Positions 53,432 through 55,485 of a stretch of DNA of 55,485 nucleotides are shown here, piece after piece. A program made the position numbers and the translations under genes. The notes under the pieces were generated by a model. That model was not told where the DNA came from. It saw only the letters and a list, made by a program, of their open reading frames with translations, and searched no databases. This stretch comes from an uncultured bacterium (lineage in GTDB: Bacteria; Bacillota_I; Bacilli_A; Izemoplasmatales; Hujiaoplasmataceae), in assembly GCA_903844055.1 (NCBI GenBank), contig CAIMSF010000171.1, positions 1 to 55,485 on the forward strand, in the 5' to 3' direction. Every line of letters begins with the position of its first letter. Positions within the stretch are counted from its first letter, which is position 1.

Positions 53432-55165
53432 TCACCTCATCGTGATCTGCTGGATGAACTGGTCTTTGTACCAGCCGCCCTGCTTGAGCAGATCCTCATG
53501 TTTGCCGCGCTGGGTGATCTTCCCGGCCTCGAGGACGAGGATCAGGTCCGCGTCGCGGATCGCGGAGAAGCGGTGAGAGATGATGATGTTCGTCTTCCCG
53601 CCTCGCGTTTCGCGGAGGCGGGCGATGATGTTTTCCTCGGTTTTCGCATCGACCGCGGAGAGCGAGTCGTCGAGGATCAGGATCTCCGGGTCCTTGATGA
53701 GCGCGCGGGCGATCGAGAGCCGCTGCTTCTGTCCGCCGGACAATGTCGCGCCGGCCTCGCCGACTTGCGTATGCAGGCCTTCGGTGAGGTAGATGACGTC
53801 CTTCTCGAAGTCGGCGTTCTTGACCGCCTTGTCGAGGTCTTCGAGACGGGCGCGGGGATTGCCGATCATGATGTTCTCGTCGACGCCCTTCTTGAACAGC
53901 ATGTGGGCTTGCGGCACGTAGCCGACGAGCCCGCGGACGTCGTGGATCTTGTATTTTCCGATCGGCACGCCGTCGATCGCGATGACGCCGTCGGTGACGT
54001 TGAACTCGCGGAGGAGCTGCCGGATCAGGGTCGACTTGCCAGCCCCGGTCGGCCCGACGATGCCGATCGTCTGGCCCTTCTCGATCGTGAAATCGATGTT
54101 CTTGATGACGGGCGCCTTGTCGAACGGATACTTGAAGGTGACGTTCTTGAAATCGATCCGACGGAAGGACAGGATCGGGCGCGAGGCCGGTTCGTCCTTG
54201 ACTTCGGCGGTGGTGGCCATGATCTCCTCGAACCGTTCGATCGAGACCTGGGCGTTGTTGAGCTGCGTGAAGAACCCGGCGATCGAGACGATCGGGCCGT
54301 AGAGGGTGCCGACGTAGGCGAGGAAGGTGACGAGTTCGCCGACCGTGATCTCCTGGCGGATGACATAGAAGGCGCCGAACGCGAACGCCAGGAAATAGGC
54401 GACGCCGTAGACGATTTCGAAGAGCGGGTTGAACCAGTTCTCGTAGCGGACGATGTACCGCCACGACTCGATGTCCTTGTCGATCGCCTCGTACTGGCGC
54501 TTGAGGTCGTTCTCTTCCTGGACGTAGGCGCGGATGACCTTCATGCCTTCGACCGATTCGAGGATCTTGTCGGTGAACGCCGCATAGATCTCGTGGTGCT
54601 TCTTCACGTACTGGCGCTTCTTGTTGCGGATCACGTTGAGGCCGGTGAGCGCGATCGGCATGATCGTGACGGAGATCAAGGTCAGCTTCCAGCTGATCGA
54701 AAACCCCATCATGGCGATCGCGAGGACGATCACGGAGGTGTTGAAGATCAGGCCTTCGAGCATCGAGGTGGCGGCGGTCGTGATCGCGTCGAGGTCGTTC
54801 GTGACGCGCGAGATCAGATCGCCCTTGGGGTAGGCCTCGTAGAACTTCGAGTCCATCTCAAAGAGATGGTCGAGGTAGCGGCGGCGCAATTTGAAGGCGA
54901 GCTTCTGAGCTTCCTTCGTGATGACGTAGTTGTAGGCGAACGACAGAAGATAGCGGCCGAGCGGCAGCGCGATCAGGATCACCACGAGCCAAAAGAGCGA
55001 CGTCTTGTTCAGGCCGCCGAGGACGATCGTGTCGATCGCGAGGCCGAGCGCTTTCGCCGGCAAGAGCGAGATGAACGAGATCGACAACAAAAGGAAGAGC
55101 ATGAGGATGTAGATCTTCCACTCTTCCTTGATGAACCATGCGAGTTTTGTAAAGATGTTTTTCAT
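53432..55165 (-). CDS. ABC exporter half-transporter (TMD-NBD), likely heterodimer partner of the downstream gene
   Basis: Six TM segments plus an NBD with GPTGAGKST, LSGGQKQRLSIARAL and ILILDDSLSAVD. There is a 4-nt gap to the next gene. Confidence 0.88.
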   Translation of the reverse strand: MKNIFTKLAWFIKEEWKIYILMLFLLLSISFISLLPAKALGLAIDTIVLGGLNKTSLFWLVVILIALPLGRYLLSFAYNYVITKEAQKLAFKLRRRYLDHLFEMDSKFYEAYPKGDLISRVTNDLDAITTAATSMLEGLIFNTSVIVLAIAMMGFSISWKLTLISVTIMPIALTGLNVIRNKKRQYVKKHHEIYAAFTDKILESVEGMKVIRAYVQEENDLKRQYEAIDKDIESWRYIVRYENWFNPLFEIVYGVAYFLAFAFGAFYVIRQEITVGELVTFLAYVGTLYGPIVSIAGFFTQLNNAQVSIERFEEIMATTAEVKDEPASRPILSFRRIDFKNVTFKYPFDKAPVIKNIDFTIEKGQTIGIVGPTGAGKSTLIRQLLREFNVTDGVIAIDGVPIGKYKIHDVRGLVGYVPQAHMLFKKGVDENIMIGNPRARLEDLDKAVKNADFEKDVIYLTEGLHTQVGEAGATLSGGQKQRLSIARALIKDPEILILDDSLSAVDAKTEENIIARLRETRGGKTNIIISHRFSAIRDADLILVLEAGKITQRGKHEDLLKQGGWYKDQFIQQITMR

Positions 55166-55182
55166 GTCTTGTCCCGTTTCTT

Positions 55183-55485
55183 CTACTTGACGAACCGACC
55201 ATAGGTCGACTTGCGCCGGTCGACGACGTACGCCTGTTTGAGGATCGCTTTCTGGAAGGCGGCGATCACGCCCCTGGTTTCGCCCTCGTCCTCGATCGTG
55301 AAGTCGAGCCGGGCGACGGAGATGCCAACGGATTTGAAGAACTCGATGAAGTCGACGAGGTTCAAAGCCCGCGAGTTGAGCACGCGGATATTGCAGTTGC
55401 CGTCGTTGATCAGCGGGAACTCGTATCCCATGCGGTCCTTCAGCTTATACTGGTTGCGCGCGCAAAGCGTGCAGCCGACCTTCGT
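55183..55485 (-). CDS. Peptidase U32-family protein, C-terminal part (5' part lies outside the window)
   Basis: The frame is open to the window edge. ...CTLCARNQYKLKDRMGYEFPLINDGNCNIRVLNSRALNLVDFIEFFKSVGISVARLDFTIE... resembles the C-terminal region of U32 collagenase-like proteins. Confidence 0.55.
   Translation of the reverse strand, partial: TKVGCTLCARNQYKLKDRMGYEFPLINDGNCNIRVLNSRALNLVDFIEFFKSVGISVARLDFTIEDEGETRGVIAAFQKAILKQAYVVDRRKSTYGRFVK

Overview
This is a GC-rich chromosomal segment, and most genes lie on the minus strand. The gene order looks like Bacillota/Firmicutes: ytxK-ackA, dnaE-pfkA, guaB-guaA, degV, a BMP-type nucleoside ABC operon and a stand-alone yidD. I support about 49 protein genes (two cut by the window edges), a four-gene tRNA operon (His-Gln-Lys-Leu), and one guanine riboswitch in front of guaBA. 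I also list several near-consensus sigma-A-type promoters and intrinsic terminators.

Most of the content is housekeeping:
- Purine and nucleoside metabolism.
- Glycolysis, gluconeogenesis and acetate metabolism.
- Replication and repair (dnaE, uvrB).
- rRNA methyltransferases, an EF-G2 paralogue and ABC exporters.

I found no CRISPR array, no prophage and no recognisable defence island. The only mobile DNA is the 3' part of an IS30-family transposase gene at the left edge.

The best candidates for something undescribed are:
1. A tightly coupled five-gene operon (25975-28837, minus strand). It encodes a small membrane protein, a DUF2089-type Zn-ribbon/HTH protein, two further small proteins and an MFS transporter. 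All four small proteins carry the same ~20-aa SHOCT-like helix motif.
2. A YbbA/YbbP-like (MacB/FtsX-type) ABC transporter translationally linked to a 758-aa very acidic FN3-bearing lipoprotein (988-6403). A perfect palindrome overlaps its promoter.
3. An AbrB/MazE-fold protein that overlaps the start of a membrane-anchored alpha/beta hydrolase gene, followed by a small flavin-reductase-like protein (18198-19678).

The many very long ORFs antisense to real genes are artefacts of GC3-biased coding and are rejected. All calls were made by eye from motifs in the supplied translations and from the nucleotide sequence. No database or HMM search was run.
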